A DNA stretch of 53,859 bases from Betaproteobacteria bacterium. GTDB taxonomy: Bacteria; Pseudomonadota; Gammaproteobacteria; Burkholderiales; SG8-39. The DNA lies in contig JANMSV010000085.1 in NCBI GenBank assembly GCA_031389685.1, forward strand, positions 1-53,859, read 5' to 3'. Below the pieces are notes generated by a model, which searched no databases, had not been told where the DNA came from, and saw nothing but the letters and a program-made list of their open reading frames with translations. The position numbers and the translations under genes were made by a program. Positions 29,090 through 38,720 of this stretch are shown one piece after another; the first letter of the stretch is position 1, and each line of letters starts with the position of its first letter.

Positions 29090-30571
29090 ATGGCACCTCA
29101 GGACACCTCCCCGAGGGCGGCCCTGCGTTTTCCGCGATCCTTCCTCGGCCTGCTGGTTACCGGCTTCCTGCTGGTTGCGGCGCCGCTCGCCGGGGCACTG
29201 CTGTATTCCGCATGGAACACGCAGCACCTAGCGGAGCAGAGCCGCAACGCGGTCTACAACGCGGCGCAGGCTGCGCGCGGCAGCCGCGCGCTGGTCAACC
29301 GCATCGGCTCGATCGAACGGCTGGCGCAACAGGTCGCGGTATTGCCCGATCCCGAATTGGTCAAGGATTACGAGCGGCTGCACCTCGGATTCATTCAGCT
29401 GTCCGACGAGCTGGCGCGCCTGCCGCTGGACGGCGATCAGCTCGCCGCGCTTCGCCGCACCATCGGCGGCGAGCAGGCGCTCTACGACCTGCTGTCCACC
29501 GCGGCGCCGGTGCCCCCGGATACGCGCGCCGTCGGCGCCAAGGTGACAGAGCTCGCCGACAGCGCGCACGAAGTGCTGGCGATCAGCTATCGCGTCGCCG
29601 ATGGCGAGGTCGAGCGGCTGCGCGCCGCCGCGGAAAGCGTGCAGCGCCGGCTGCTGCAGCTGGTGCTGGTCACCATCGCCGTGGCGCTCGCCATCGCCCT
29701 GGCGCTGACGCGCGTCATCGCGCGGCCCATCGCCGAGCTCGACGCCTCCATCCGGCAGCTCGGCGGCGCCGATTTTTCGCAGCCGATCCGCGTCAGCGGG
29801 CCGCAGGACCTGCGCGACCTCGGCGAGCGGCTCGACTGGCTGCGGCAGCGGCTGATCGAGCTCGAAGCGCAGAAGAACCGTTTCCTGCGCCACCTGTCGC
29901 ACGAGCTCAAGACGCCGCTTGCGTCGCTGCGCGAAGGTGCGGAGCTGCTCAACGACCAGGTCGCCGGGCCGCTGGCGCCGCCGCAGCGCGCGGTGGTCAG
30001 CATCATGCGCGACAACAGCGTCAAGCTGCAGAAGCTGATCGAGGATCTGCTGGATTACCAGCGCGCGTTGCACGCTGCGGCCTCGCTCGAGGTGAGCACG
30101 GTGCAGCTCGACGCGCTGGTACGCGAAGTGGCCGATGCGCACCGGCTCGCCGCGTTGGCCAAAGGCCAGCGCGTGGACCTGGATCTCGCGCCGGTGACGC
30201 TCGACGCGGATGCAGAGAAGCTGCGCTCGATCGTCGACAATCTGCTGGGAAATGCCATCAAGTTCACGCCGGCGGGCGGCGCGATTTCCATCGTCGCGCG
30301 CGAAGCCCAGGCGAGCGTGATCATCGAAGTGATCGATTCCGGACCCGGCGTGCCGCCGGTCGAGCGTGAGGCCGTGTTCGATTCCTTCTTCAGGGGCCGC
30401 GCAAAAGCAGGCGGCCGCGTCGAGGGCAGCGGCCTGGGACTGGCCATTGCGCGCGAGTACGTCGAGGCGCATGGCGGCCGGATTGCGCTGGTGGCGGACG
30501 GCCCGGGAGGGCATTTTCGCGTCACGCTGCCCAAGCGGCCGGTGCTGCTGGCGATGGCGGAGGCGGCGTGA
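29090..30571 (+). CDS. Sensor histidine kinase (2 TM, HAMP, HisKA, HATPase), GlrK/QseE-like by context
   Basis: The H-box is LSHELKTPL, the N-box is NLLGNAIKF, and the G-boxes are DSGPGVP / GSGLGLAI. Confidence 0.88.
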   Translation: MAPQDTSPRAALRFPRSFLGLLVTGFLLVAAPLAGALLYSAWNTQHLAEQSRNAVYNAAQAARGSRALVNRIGSIERLAQQVAVLPDPELVKDYERLHLGFIQLSDELARLPLDGDQLAALRRTIGGEQALYDLLSTAAPVPPDTRAVGAKVTELADSAHEVLAISYRVADGEVERLRAAAESVQRRLLQLVLVTIAVALAIALALTRVIARPIAELDASIRQLGGADFSQPIRVSGPQDLRDLGERLDWLRQRLIELEAQKNRFLRHLSHELKTPLASLREGAELLNDQVAGPLAPPQRAVVSIMRDNSVKLQKLIEDLLDYQRALHAAASLEVSTVQLDALVREVADAHRLAALAKGQRVDLDLAPVTLDADAEKLRSIVDNLLGNAIKFTPAGGAISIVAREAQASVIIEVIDSGPGVPPVEREAVFDSFFRGRAKAGGRVEGSGLGLAIAREYVEAHGGRIALVADGPGGHFRVTLPKRPVLLAMAEAA

Positions 30572-31110
30572 GAGCCGCCGCGGTATTGTGCGCTGTGCTG
30601 CTCTCCGGTTGCGCGTTGCTGCGGCCGGATGCGGGCGAGGCGATGCAGATACGCGAAATCGTTGGCGCTGCGGCGAGCGGGGCGCGCGCCACCCCGGAGG
30701 AGCAGCGTCGGCAACTGGCGCATGCCCAGCAGATGTACGCTGCCGTGCCGGACGACGCCAACCGGCTTCGGCTTGCCGCGCTTCTCTCCGCGCTGCCGTC
30801 GCCCTGGCGGGATGACGCGCGCGTGATGACGTTGCTCGAGCCACTCGCCTCGCGCCGCCCGGATACTCCCCTCACGCAGCTCGCCGGCATGCTGGCGGCC
30901 AATGCGGCGGAGCGCCAGAGACTGGCGCGCGATCTGCGCGCCGCGGAACGGCGCGAGGAGGCGGCTGAGGAGCGCGCCGCCCTCCTGCGCCAGCAATTGG
31001 AGGCGGCCGAGGAGCGCGCCGGTACCCTGCGCCAGCAGTTGGACGCGCTTAAGTCGATCGAGCGCGGCATCCTCGAACGCGAAGAGCGCCGCCGAAAAAT
31101 AAACAGGTGA
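30568..31110 (+). CDS. Lipoprotein with C-terminal coiled coil, QseG/YfhG-like by position
   Basis: The GTG start overlaps the kinase stop (GTGA). The lipobox is LLSGC. The C-terminus is heptad-like and Glu/Arg/Ala-rich. Confidence 0.7.
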   Translation: MRAAAVLCAVLLSGCALLRPDAGEAMQIREIVGAAASGARATPEEQRRQLAHAQQMYAAVPDDANRLRLAALLSALPSPWRDDARVMTLLEPLASRRPDTPLTQLAGMLAANAAERQRLARDLRAAERREEAAEERAALLRQQLEAAEERAGTLRQQLDALKSIERGILEREERRRKINR

Positions 31111-31114
31111 AACC

Positions 31115-32473
31115 ATGAGCCAAGAATTGCCAGCCATCCTGCTCGTCGACGACGATCGCGACTTGTTGCACCTGCTTTCGATGCGCTTGAGCGCCGCGGG
31201 CTACCGCGTGACCGCGGTGGAGTCCGCCGACGCGGCGCTCGCCAGCCTCGCCGTGAAGCGCCCGCAGTTGGTGATCACTGACCTGCGCATGCAGGGCATG
31301 GATGGCCTCGGGTTGTTCGACGCCATCCACCGCCAGGCGCCCTCCCTGCCGGTGGTGATCCTCACCGCGCACGGCACGATCCCGGACGCGGTGGCGGCCA
31401 CGCGCCGCGGTGTGTTCAGCTTTCTCACCAAACCGTTCGAGCCGAAGGTGTTGCTGGAGACGGTTGCCGACGCGCTGCGCTTGTCGACGGCGCCCAGCGG
31501 TGACCGGGCGCATTGGCGCTCGGAGATCATTACGCGTGCGGCGGTCATGGAGTCGCTGCTGGCGCAGGCCCAGCGCGTGGCGGCGTCCGATGCCAGCGTC
31601 TGCATCTTCGGCGCCAGCGGCACCGGCAAGGAATTGCTGGCGCGCGCCATCCACCGCGCCAGCCGGCGCGTCGGCGCACCTTTCATCGCGGTGAATTGCG
31701 GCGCCATCCCCGAGGGACTGCTCGAATCCGAGTTGTTCGGCCATAAAAAGGGCGCGTTCACGGGCGCGGTGCAGGACCGTCGTGGCCTGTTCCAGGCCTG
31801 CGACGGCGGCACGCTGTTCCTGGACGAGGTGGGCGATATGCCGCCGGCGCTCCAGGTCAAACTGCTGCGCGCAATCGAGGACCGCGTGGTGCGGCCGGTG
31901 GGCGCGAATGACGCAGTGGCGGTGGACGTGCGCATCGTGTCCGCAACGCACCGCAATCTCGAGGAGCGCATCGGCACGGGTGAGTTCCGCGAGGATCTGT
32001 ACTACCGGTTGAACGTCGTGAAGCTGGAAATTCCCGCATTGGCGCAACGGCGCGAAGACGTGCCCCTGCTCGCCGGGCATTTCCTCGCGCGCTTCGCCGA
32101 ACGCTACGATCGGCCCCGCCTGGGCATGTCGCCCGAAGCCATGGAGCTGCTGGTTTCGGCCGCCTGGCCCGGCAACGTGCGACAGCTGCTCAACGTCGTC
32201 GAGCGGGCGGTGGCGCTTACGGCAACGGACGTGATTCCGGCCTCGCTCGTGCGCCAGGCACTCGACGCGGGCGCAGGCTCGCTCACGCCGCTGGACGAGG
32301 CGCGCCGCGCTTTCGAGCGCGAGTACCTGGTACGCATCCTCAAGATCACGACCGGGAACGTCACCCAGGCGGCGCGCCTGGCGGGACGCAATCGCACGGA
32401 GTTCTACCGGCTGCTCGAGCGCCACGCTCTGGAGCCGGCGATGTTCAAGATCAAGGTCGCCGCTGAATCCTGA
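31115..32473 (+). CDS. Sigma54-dependent response regulator (REC-AAA+-HTH), GlrR/QseF-like
   Basis: The REC domain reads ILLVDDD...VITDLRMQGMDG. The AAA+ domain has GASGTGKE, the GAFTGA loop and ESELFGH. The C-terminal Fis-type HTH is ITTGNVTQAARLAG. Confidence 0.92.
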   Translation: MSQELPAILLVDDDRDLLHLLSMRLSAAGYRVTAVESADAALASLAVKRPQLVITDLRMQGMDGLGLFDAIHRQAPSLPVVILTAHGTIPDAVAATRRGVFSFLTKPFEPKVLLETVADALRLSTAPSGDRAHWRSEIITRAAVMESLLAQAQRVAASDASVCIFGASGTGKELLARAIHRASRRVGAPFIAVNCGAIPEGLLESELFGHKKGAFTGAVQDRRGLFQACDGGTLFLDEVGDMPPALQVKLLRAIEDRVVRPVGANDAVAVDVRIVSATHRNLEERIGTGEFREDLYYRLNVVKLEIPALAQRREDVPLLAGHFLARFAERYDRPRLGMSPEAMELLVSAAWPGNVRQLLNVVERAVALTATDVIPASLVRQALDAGAGSLTPLDEARRAFEREYLVRILKITTGNVTQAARLAGRNRTEFYRLLERHALEPAMFKIKVAAES

Positions 32474-32476
32474 GCC

Positions 32477-32494
32477 TGTCGCCGCCCGGCGACA
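32477..32494. promoter_or_regulatory. TGTC-N10-GACA inverted repeat (candidate GlrR-type enhancer box 1); also forms an 8-bp hairpin
   Basis: The sequence is read directly as TGTCgccgcccggcGACA within CTGTCGCC-GCCC-GGCGACAG, 4 nt after the regulator stop. Confidence 0.5.
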
Positions 32495-32540
32495 GAAAAT
32501 TCCGCGCCCCTTCAGTCTCTTGGCGCCGTTGTGCATTCGT

Positions 32541-32560
32541 TCGTCGCCGCCGGGAGACGA
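32541..32560. promoter_or_regulatory. Second, degenerate box with the same spacing (tCGTC-N10-GACGa)
   Basis: The sequence is read directly. Its arms are spaced identically to box 1, about 85 nt upstream of the sigma54 element. Confidence 0.35.
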
Positions 32561-32636
32561 ATCGCACCGTTTGGCGCCCGAGACTTTGATCACGCTTCTG
32601 CGGTAACTCCTTGATACCGGGGGCCTTCCCTCAGGC

Positions 32637-32652
32637 TGGCATGACAGTTGCT
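32637..32652 (+). promoter_or_regulatory. Sigma54 (-24/-12) promoter TGGCAT-N5-TTGCT
   Basis: It matches TGGCAC-N5-TTGCW at all key positions (GG...GC). It lies 40 nt upstream of ATG 32692. Confidence 0.65.
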
Positions 32653-32691
32653 GGATATTTTCAGTGGATAGCGATCAGAGAGCCTTGACGC

Positions 32692-33018
32692 ATGGAACAA
32701 GCCAACACGAAGTTTGAGATTCCGATCCTGGCGCAGGTGCTCGCCGGTTTTGCCATCAGTGCACTCGTGCTGGTGGGCATCGCGGGATCGATCTACAGGC
32801 TGGTCGAGCCGCAAGGCTGGGTGGTGCAGGCCTTCGGCAGCAGTTTTAGCCTCGGCGCTGCGCTGCTCGCCGCGCTGCTTGGCGCTGGCGCCATGGTGCG
32901 GGCGCTGCCCGGGTTCATGCCCGCGCAACGCGCGCGCATCGCGGACGCCGTGGTCTACGGTTTTGCGGCAGCCGGGGCGCTGTACCTCGGCCAGCTGCTG
33001 GTCGGCGGGAGCGTCTAG
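32692..33018 (+). CDS. Small integral membrane protein (108 aa, about 3 TM), unknown function
   Basis: The composition is hydrophobic and G/C3-rich. The gene is bracketed by the sigma54 promoter and a strong terminator. Confidence 0.6.
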   Translation: MEQANTKFEIPILAQVLAGFAISALVLVGIAGSIYRLVEPQGWVVQAFGSSFSLGAALLAALLGAGAMVRALPGFMPAQRARIADAVVYGFAAAGALYLGQLLVGGSV

Positions 33019-33054
33019 CGCCTCCGCGACCGGCAGCACAGCAGTTCCTCCCCC

Positions 33055-33093
33055 GGGCCCGTCATTTCCCCCTACAGACGGGCCCTTTTTTTT
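33055..33093 (+). terminator. Rho-independent terminator GGGCCCGTC-13 nt-GACGGGCCC-T8
   Basis: A perfect 9-bp GC stem is followed by eight T. It abuts the convergent thyA stop codon. Confidence 0.85.
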
Positions 33094-33904
33094 ATACCGC
33101 GATCGGCGCCTTGATCGCCGGATGCGGTTCGTAACCCTCCAGCGTGAAATCCTCGTATTGGAAGGCGAACACATCGCGCACCACGGGATTCAGGCGCATG
33201 CGCGGAAACGCGCGCGGTTCGCGCCGCAACTGCTCGCGCGCCTGCTCCAGGTGGTTGAGGTACAGGTGCGCGTCGCCCAGCGTAAGTACGAACTCGCCTG
33301 GCTGCAGGCCGGTGACCTGGGCAACCATCCGCGTCAGCAGCGCGTAGGAGGCGATGTTGAACGGTACGCCCAGGAACAGGTCAGCGCTCCTCTGGTACAT
33401 CTGGCAGGACAGGCGCCCGCCGGCGACGTAAAACTGGAACAGCGCATGGCAGGGCGGTAGCGCCATGCGCTCCACGTCCGCCGGGTTCCACGCGCTCACC
33501 AGATGGCGCCGCGAATCGGGCCGCGCGCGAATCGCTTCCACCACCTGCCGGATCTGGTCGATTTCGCGCCCGTCGGGCGTGCGCCAGTGGCGCCACTGGT
33601 AACCGTACACCGGACCAAGCTCGCCCTGCGCGTCCGCCCACTCGTCCCAGATGGTGACGCCGTGCTGCTGGAGCCAGCGCACGTTGGTGTCCCCACGCAG
33701 GAACCACAGCAGTTCATAGGCGATCGACTTGAGATGCAACTTCTTGGTGGTGAGCAAAGGAAAGTTCTGCGCCAGCCCGAAGCGCAGCTGCCGGCCGAAG
33801 ACCGAACGGGTCCCGGTACCGGTGCGATCGGTCTTGAGCGCGCCCTCCTGCAGTACCTCGGCCAGCAGGTCGAGGTACTGCCGCTCGCCGGGATCGGGGC
33901 TCAT
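33092..33904 (-). CDS. thyA: Thymidylate synthase
   Basis: [31 protein letters not shown] and DAHLY are present, with near-colinear similarity to E. coli ThyA. The ATG overlaps the upstream kinase stop (ATGA). Confidence 0.97.
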   Translation of the reverse strand: MSPDPGERQYLDLLAEVLQEGALKTDRTGTGTRSVFGRQLRFGLAQNFPLLTTKKLHLKSIAYELLWFLRGDTNVRWLQQHGVTIWDEWADAQGELGPVYGYQWRHWRTPDGREIDQIRQVVEAIRARPDSRRHLVSAWNPADVERMALPPCHALFQFYVAGGRLSCQMYQRSADLFLGVPFNIASYALLTRMVAQVTGLQPGEFVLTLGDAHLYLNHLEQAREQLRREPRAFPRMRLNPVVRDVFAFQYEDFTLEGYEPHPAIKAPIAV

Positions 33905-35148
33905 ACCGCGATCATCGCAAATAATTCGCGCGCGCTCTGAAAACGCGCTTCGGGTGCCTTGGCGAGCAGTTTTTCGAGGATGCTCTGGTACCCGGCGAGC
34001 CGTCCCGGCAAGCGGGGAATCGGCCCGTGCACGTGCTGGTACACCAGGTCCGCGGGACCCGCGATGCCGTAGAGCGCCTGGCCGCTCAACATCTCGTAGA
34101 ACATCACGCCGAGGCTGTACAGGTCGGAGCGGTGGTCGGCGGGCTTGCCCAGGCATTGCTCGGGGCTCATGTAGCGCGGCGTGGCAATCACTTCGCCGTG
34201 CCGCGTAAGCATGGCCTTTGCACCGAGGTCCTTGGCGAGCCCGAAATCCACGATCACCGGCCGTCCGTTGTCGCGGAACAGGATGTTCTGCGGTTTGAGG
34301 TCGCGGTGAATGATGCCGTGCGCATGGATGGCATCGAGCGCACGCGCGATCTGGGACGTGATGCGCAGCGCCGCGAGCGAGTTGAGGCCCTCGTGGATGC
34401 GCGTGGCGAGCGTGCCGCCCGACAGGTACTCCATCGCTATATAGGGGTGCTCGCCGGCGAAGCCCTGGTCGTAGATGTGCGCGACGTACTCGTTGTGCAG
34501 GCCGGCCACCAGTTTGTATTCCTGCACGAAGCGCTTGAAGAAAGTGCGGTCCGAGCGCAAATGCGGGTCCAGCACCTTGAGCACCAGCTGCAAGCCGTCC
34601 TGCTCGCGCTCGGCGAGGTACACCTGCGCCATCCCGCCCTCGCCGATTTTGCACAGGCTGCGGTATCCCGGGATCGCACGGTCGTCGCGGTCGATCGGTG
34701 TGCCGGCCTTGCGCGAGTCCAGCTGCGTCGTGCGCTGGAAGGCCGGTGGGCCGGACGCGTCCGCGTGGCGCGCCTCCCACTCTCGCAGCGCGTCCTCCAC
34801 CGCGCGCACCAGATTCTCGGCGCCGAGGCCGCTCTTGCAGAGGACGCCGGCGGCACCGGGCTGGATGCCGTTTCGCGGCGGATTGTCACCCTCGGCTTGG
34901 GCGAAGATCAGCACGGGCGGGGCCTGGGGATCGCGCAGAATCTCGGCCGCCCAGTCAGGATCGGCCTCGCCTTCGGGCGCCACGCCCAGCAACACCGCCG
35001 CGTAGCGTTCGCGGTCCAGCGCGGCCCGCGGGCTGCCGCGCTCCCGCGGATCCCACTCGTCCGTGAACGCCAGGGGCCAGCGGGCGCGCAGCATGCCGGC
35101 GAGCGTGCTGCAGAACTCGCGGGAAGGGTCCACGATGAGAAAGCGCAT
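33901..35148 (-). CDS. Receiver-like domain fused to a Hanks-type Ser/Thr protein kinase
   Basis: The N-terminus is CheY-like (MRFLIVDPS...AAVLLGV...VLIFAQ). The kinase part has [32 protein letters not shown] and YMSPEQ. The start is ATG 35148; the alternative is 35175. Confidence 0.85.
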   Translation of the reverse strand: MRFLIVDPSREFCSTLAGMLRARWPLAFTDEWDPRERGSPRAALDRERYAAVLLGVAPEGEADPDWAAEILRDPQAPPVLIFAQAEGDNPPRNGIQPGAAGVLCKSGLGAENLVRAVEDALREWEARHADASGPPAFQRTTQLDSRKAGTPIDRDDRAIPGYRSLCKIGEGGMAQVYLAEREQDGLQLVLKVLDPHLRSDRTFFKRFVQEYKLVAGLHNEYVAHIYDQGFAGEHPYIAMEYLSGGTLATRIHEGLNSLAALRITSQIARALDAIHAHGIIHRDLKPQNILFRDNGRPVIVDFGLAKDLGAKAMLTRHGEVIATPRYMSPEQCLGKPADHRSDLYSLGVMFYEMLSGQALYGIAGPADLVYQHVHGPIPRLPGRLAGYQSILEKLLAKAPEARFQSARELFAMIAV

Positions 35149-35240
35149 AGAGGCGGCGTGACGCGATTTTCTCATGATTGCGCCGTGCGGCCGGGCAAGA
35201 ACTCCCTGCGGGGCGCCCGCAGGCATCGAAATCGGGTGAA

Positions 35241-35915
35241 TCAGGGATTTGGTGCGAGGTGCCTGGCGAGCCAGGCGGCGATGTCGGCGATTTCTTCGGC
35301 GCACAGCGAATGCGGCATGGCGTATTCCTGCCACTGCACCGCGTAGCCGAGGGCCTCCAGCGCCGCGCGCGATTCGCGCGCGCGGCCAATATCGATGACC
35401 GGATCCTCCCCGCCGTGCGCCATGAACACCGGCGCGTCGCGGTTGGCGTCGCTGCGCTCTGCCGCCAGCGTGGTCGCGAGAGGCAGGTAGGTCGATAGCG
35501 CCAGCACCCCGGCCAGGCGCTCCGCGTGGCGCAGCCCGGTGTGCAGCGCGATGGCGCCGCCCTGCGAGAAGCCGGCGAGCGCGATGCGCGCGCTGGCGAC
35601 GCCGCGTGCTCGCTCGCGTGCGATCAGCGCCTCGACCAGGCCCTGAGAGGCGCGGATGCCTGCCGCATCCTCGGGGCCGCCGCCCATCTGCAGGATGTCG
35701 TACCAGGCGCGCATGCGCATGCCCATGTTGATGGTCACCGGGCGCATGGGCGCGTGCGGAAACACGAAGCGCAAGCGCAGCTTCGCCGGCAGCCGCAGTT
35801 CCGGCACCACTGCTTCGAAGTCATGGCCGTCGGCACCCAGGCCATGCAGCCAGATCACCGTCGCGTCGGGCGCGGGAGCGGTCTCGATTTCAATTGCATC
35901 AGGCAGTTGCGTCAC
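35241..35915 (-). CDS. Carboxylesterase/phospholipase family alpha/beta hydrolase (Abhydrolase_2)
   Basis: VIWLHGLGADGHDF, GFSQGGA and the MAHGGEDPV..H triad context are present. The GTG start overlaps the mog stop. Confidence 0.85.
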   Translation of the reverse strand: MTQLPDAIEIETAPAPDATVIWLHGLGADGHDFEAVVPELRLPAKLRLRFVFPHAPMRPVTINMGMRMRAWYDILQMGGGPEDAAGIRASQGLVEALIARERARGVASARIALAGFSQGGAIALHTGLRHAERLAGVLALSTYLPLATTLAAERSDANRDAPVFMAHGGEDPVIDIGRARESRAALEALGYAVQWQEYAMPHSLCAEEIADIAAWLARHLAPNP

Positions 35916-36469
35916 GCCGGCCTGGGACGCAACGCCGACTTCGGTCTGAAGGCCTTCACCACCGCGTCGTCGGTCTCGATGTAGGGGCCGCCGATCAGGT
36001 CGACGCAATAGGGCACCGCGGCGAACACGCCGTCCAGTGTTTCCTTGATCGCCTTCGGCTGGCCCGGCAGGTTGATGATCAGCGCCTGCTTGCGCACCAC
36101 CGCAACCTGGCGCGACAGGATCGCCGTGGGCACGTATTTCAGGCTCACGGCGCGCATTTGCTCGCCGAATCCGGGCATCACTTTGTCGGCCACCGCGAGC
36201 GTTGCTTCCGGGGTCACGTCGCGCGGCGCTGGACCCGTACCGCCGGTGGTGAGCACGAGGTGGCAGCCCTTCAGGTCCACCAGTTCGACCAGCGCCGACT
36301 CGATCAGCGCCTGTTCATCCGGAATCAGGCGTTCTTCGTAGCGGATGCGCGGCGCGATGACGGCCTTGCCCAGCCACTCCTTCAACGCTGGAATGCCCTC
36401 GTCCTTGTAGACCCCGCCCGAGGCGCGATCGCTCGCCGACAACAGGCCGACGATCAGCGCCTCACTCAA
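35912..36469 (-). CDS. mog: Molybdopterin adenylyltransferase
   Basis: The protein is close to E. coli Mog: SDRASGGVYKDEGIPALKEWL, LVLTTGGTGPAPRDVTPEAT, MPGFGEQMR, NLPGQPKAIKETL. Confidence 0.9.
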   Translation of the reverse strand: MSEALIVGLLSASDRASGGVYKDEGIPALKEWLGKAVIAPRIRYEERLIPDEQALIESALVELVDLKGCHLVLTTGGTGPAPRDVTPEATLAVADKVMPGFGEQMRAVSLKYVPTAILSRQVAVVRKQALIINLPGQPKAIKETLDGVFAAVPYCVDLIGGPYIETDDAVVKAFRPKSALRPRPA

Positions 36470-36944
36470 GCGCAGTCTCCCGAATGACGCGAAATAGCTC
36501 GCGCATCGCGCGCGGCGGCTTGCCTTCGGCCTGCTCCTTGCGCGCGTTGCGGATCAGGGCGCGCAGCTTCTGCAGGTCGGCGGTGGCGTGCGCGCGCGCG
36601 AACTCGGTGAGCGCGCCCTCCTCTTCCAGCAACCGGGCGCGCCAATGCTCGAGCCGCTGGTGGCGCGCGCGTTCCTGCGCCGAGCCGCCTTCCACCGCGG
36701 CGATCTGGGCGCGAATCGGCGCCGCGTCGACCTCGCGCATCAGCCTGCCGATGTACTGCACCTGCCGGCGCCGGGCCTCGTGGCTGGCGAAGCGCCGCGC
36801 CTCGCGTACCGCCTGCGCCAGCGCCTCGGGCAGCGCCATGCGCTCGAGGTGCGCGGCGGAAAGATCGACCAGCGCCGCACCGAGCGCCTGCAGCTCGAGC
36901 ATCTCCTGCTTGCGCCTGGTCTTGCTGAGGATTTCGTCCTGCAT
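36462..36944 (-). CDS. yjgA: Ribosome-associated protein YjgA/DarP (DUF615)
   Basis: SKTRRKQEM..LQALG and the QVQYIGRLMR pattern are present, and the gene is divergent from pmbA as in many proteobacteria. Confidence 0.75.
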   Translation of the reverse strand: MQDEILSKTRRKQEMLELQALGAALVDLSAAHLERMALPEALAQAVREARRFASHEARRRQVQYIGRLMREVDAAPIRAQIAAVEGGSAQERARHQRLEHWRARLLEEEGALTEFARAHATADLQKLRALIRNARKEQAEGKPPRAMRELFRVIRETALE

Positions 36945-36966
36945 CGCGCTGCTATGATAGCGCGCC

Positions 36967-38322
36967 ATGAAAAACGGCGGTGGTTTCACCTACACCCAGG
37001 ATCAGCTCAAGGATTTCGCCGCGCAGGTGCTGGCGCATGCACGCCGCCTGGGCGCAAGCGACTGCGAGTGCGAGGTGTCGGAGGGACACGGCCTGTCGGT
37101 CACGGTGCGCAAGAACGCGGTGGACACCATCGAGCACAACCGCGACAAGGGCATCGGCGTCACGGTGTACCTGGGTGGGCGCCCGCGCACGCGCAGCGGC
37201 CATGCCAGTACGTCGGATTTTTCGGCGGCTGCGCTGGCGCAGACGGTGCAAGCGGCGCTCGCCATTGCGCGCCACACGGCCGAGGACGACTGCGCCGGGC
37301 CGCCGGAGCCCGAGCTGCTGGCGCGCGACCTGCCCGACCTCGACCTGTATCACCCGTGGAGCCTTGGCACCGAGGAGGCGATCGGCATCGCGCAGCGCTG
37401 CGAGGCTGCCGCGTTCGCGCTGTCGCCGAAGGTGCGCAACTCCGAAGGCGCCTCCGTCTCGGCACAGCATTCGCAGTTCGTATTCGCCAACAGCCTGGGA
37501 TTCATGGCGGGATTCCCGGCTTCGCGCCATTCGCTCCACCTGTCGGTGATCGCGCAGGATGCGCGCGGCATGCAGCGCGACGACTGGTACAGCGCCGCGC
37601 GCGTGCCGGAGCAGCTCGCGGCGCCTGAGCGGCTGGGCCGCTACGCCGGCGAACGCGCACTGGCACGGCTGGGCGCGCGCCGCATCGGCACCCGCCAGGC
37701 GCCGGTGCTGTTCGAGGCGCCGCAGGCAGCGATGCTGCTGGGCAGCTTTGTCTCGGCGGCGAGCGGCGGCAACCTGTATCGAAAGGCGACGTTCCTGCTC
37801 GACAGCCTGGGCAAACAGGTGTTCACCCCTGGCGTCACGCTCGAGGAGCGGCCGCTCGAGCCGCAAGCGCTGGCCAGCGCGCCGTTCGACGATGAGGGCG
37901 TGGCAACGCGCGCGCGCACCGTGGTGCGCGGCGGCGTGCTCGAAGGCTATTTCCTGGGCTGCTATTCCGCACGCAAGCTTGGCATGCGAAGCACAGGCAG
38001 CGCCGGCGGTAACCACAACCTGGTGCTGGCCGCGGACGGCCCGGATTTCCCCGGCATGCTCAAGCGGCTGCACCGCGGCCTGCTGGTGACGGATCTCCTG
38101 GGCCATGGGGTCAACCTCGTTACTGGGGACTACTCGCGTGGCGCCGCCGGTTACTGGGTGGAGAACGGCGAAATCGCGCACCCGGTGGAGGAAATCACGA
38201 TTGCCGGCAACCTGAAAGACATATTTCGGGGCATTGAAGCGGTGGGAAGCGACATCGTGGTGCGCGGCTCGCGCCGCAGCGGCTCGATCCTGGTGCGGGA
38301 AATGACCATCGCCGGGGAGTAG
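36967..38322 (+). CDS. pmbA: Metalloprotease PmbA (TldE)
   Basis: The length is 451 aa. The C-terminal GDYSRGAAGYWVENGEI and TIAGN motifs are present. Confidence 0.9.
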   Translation: MKNGGGFTYTQDQLKDFAAQVLAHARRLGASDCECEVSEGHGLSVTVRKNAVDTIEHNRDKGIGVTVYLGGRPRTRSGHASTSDFSAAALAQTVQAALAIARHTAEDDCAGPPEPELLARDLPDLDLYHPWSLGTEEAIGIAQRCEAAAFALSPKVRNSEGASVSAQHSQFVFANSLGFMAGFPASRHSLHLSVIAQDARGMQRDDWYSAARVPEQLAAPERLGRYAGERALARLGARRIGTRQAPVLFEAPQAAMLLGSFVSAASGGNLYRKATFLLDSLGKQVFTPGVTLEERPLEPQALASAPFDDEGVATRARTVVRGGVLEGYFLGCYSARKLGMRSTGSAGGNHNLVLAADGPDFPGMLKRLHRGLLVTDLLGHGVNLVTGDYSRGAAGYWVENGEIAHPVEEITIAGNLKDIFRGIEAVGSDIVVRGSRRSGSILVREMTIAGE

Positions 38323-38384
38323 ACTGCGAGAACCTTGTCTGGACCGGGCGGTCGAACCGGCACGGAGCTTGCGTCTTTATCGAC

Positions 38385-38657
38385 ATGACACCGCATTTCA
38401 AACCCGAGTCGGATCGCGAGCACCCCATCATTGCCTGGGTGGGCATCCTTGCGATCCTCGCCGCCATCCTGCTGATCGCCTGGGCACGCGTCGAAGTGCA
38501 CGGCACCGGCGACCTCGAAGCCGCCTTGTCGGATGAACCAGGGGACGCTGCCGCAGTCCGTCAAGAGTTGTCGCCGGACGCAGACAAGTCCAAGCAGGAA
38601 GAGGAACTGGAGAAAGCGGTCGCGGCGGGCCGCTGGGCCGGCGGATTCTCCCCCTAA
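38385..38657 (+). CDS. Hypothetical small membrane protein with an acidic tail
   Basis: One TM helix (IIAWVGILAILAAILLIAW) is present. I recognise no family. Confidence 0.45.
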   Translation: MTPHFKPESDREHPIIAWVGILAILAAILLIAWARVEVHGTGDLEAALSDEPGDAAAVRQELSPDADKSKQEEELEKAVAAGRWAGGFSP

Positions 38658-38720
38658 AGGCCGCCGCGCCGGCGGCGCATTCGTGCATAATCGCCGGCCT
38701 TGATTCGAAGTGAAGACGCG

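Noticed and set aside
32476-32495. The hairpin CTGTCGCC-GCCC-GGCGACAG after the response-regulator gene, considered as a rho-independent terminator.
   Set aside because: It is followed by AAAATT and not a T-run, so it is a poor intrinsic terminator. I read it instead as a TGTC-N10-GACA regulator box, though a dual role cannot be excluded.
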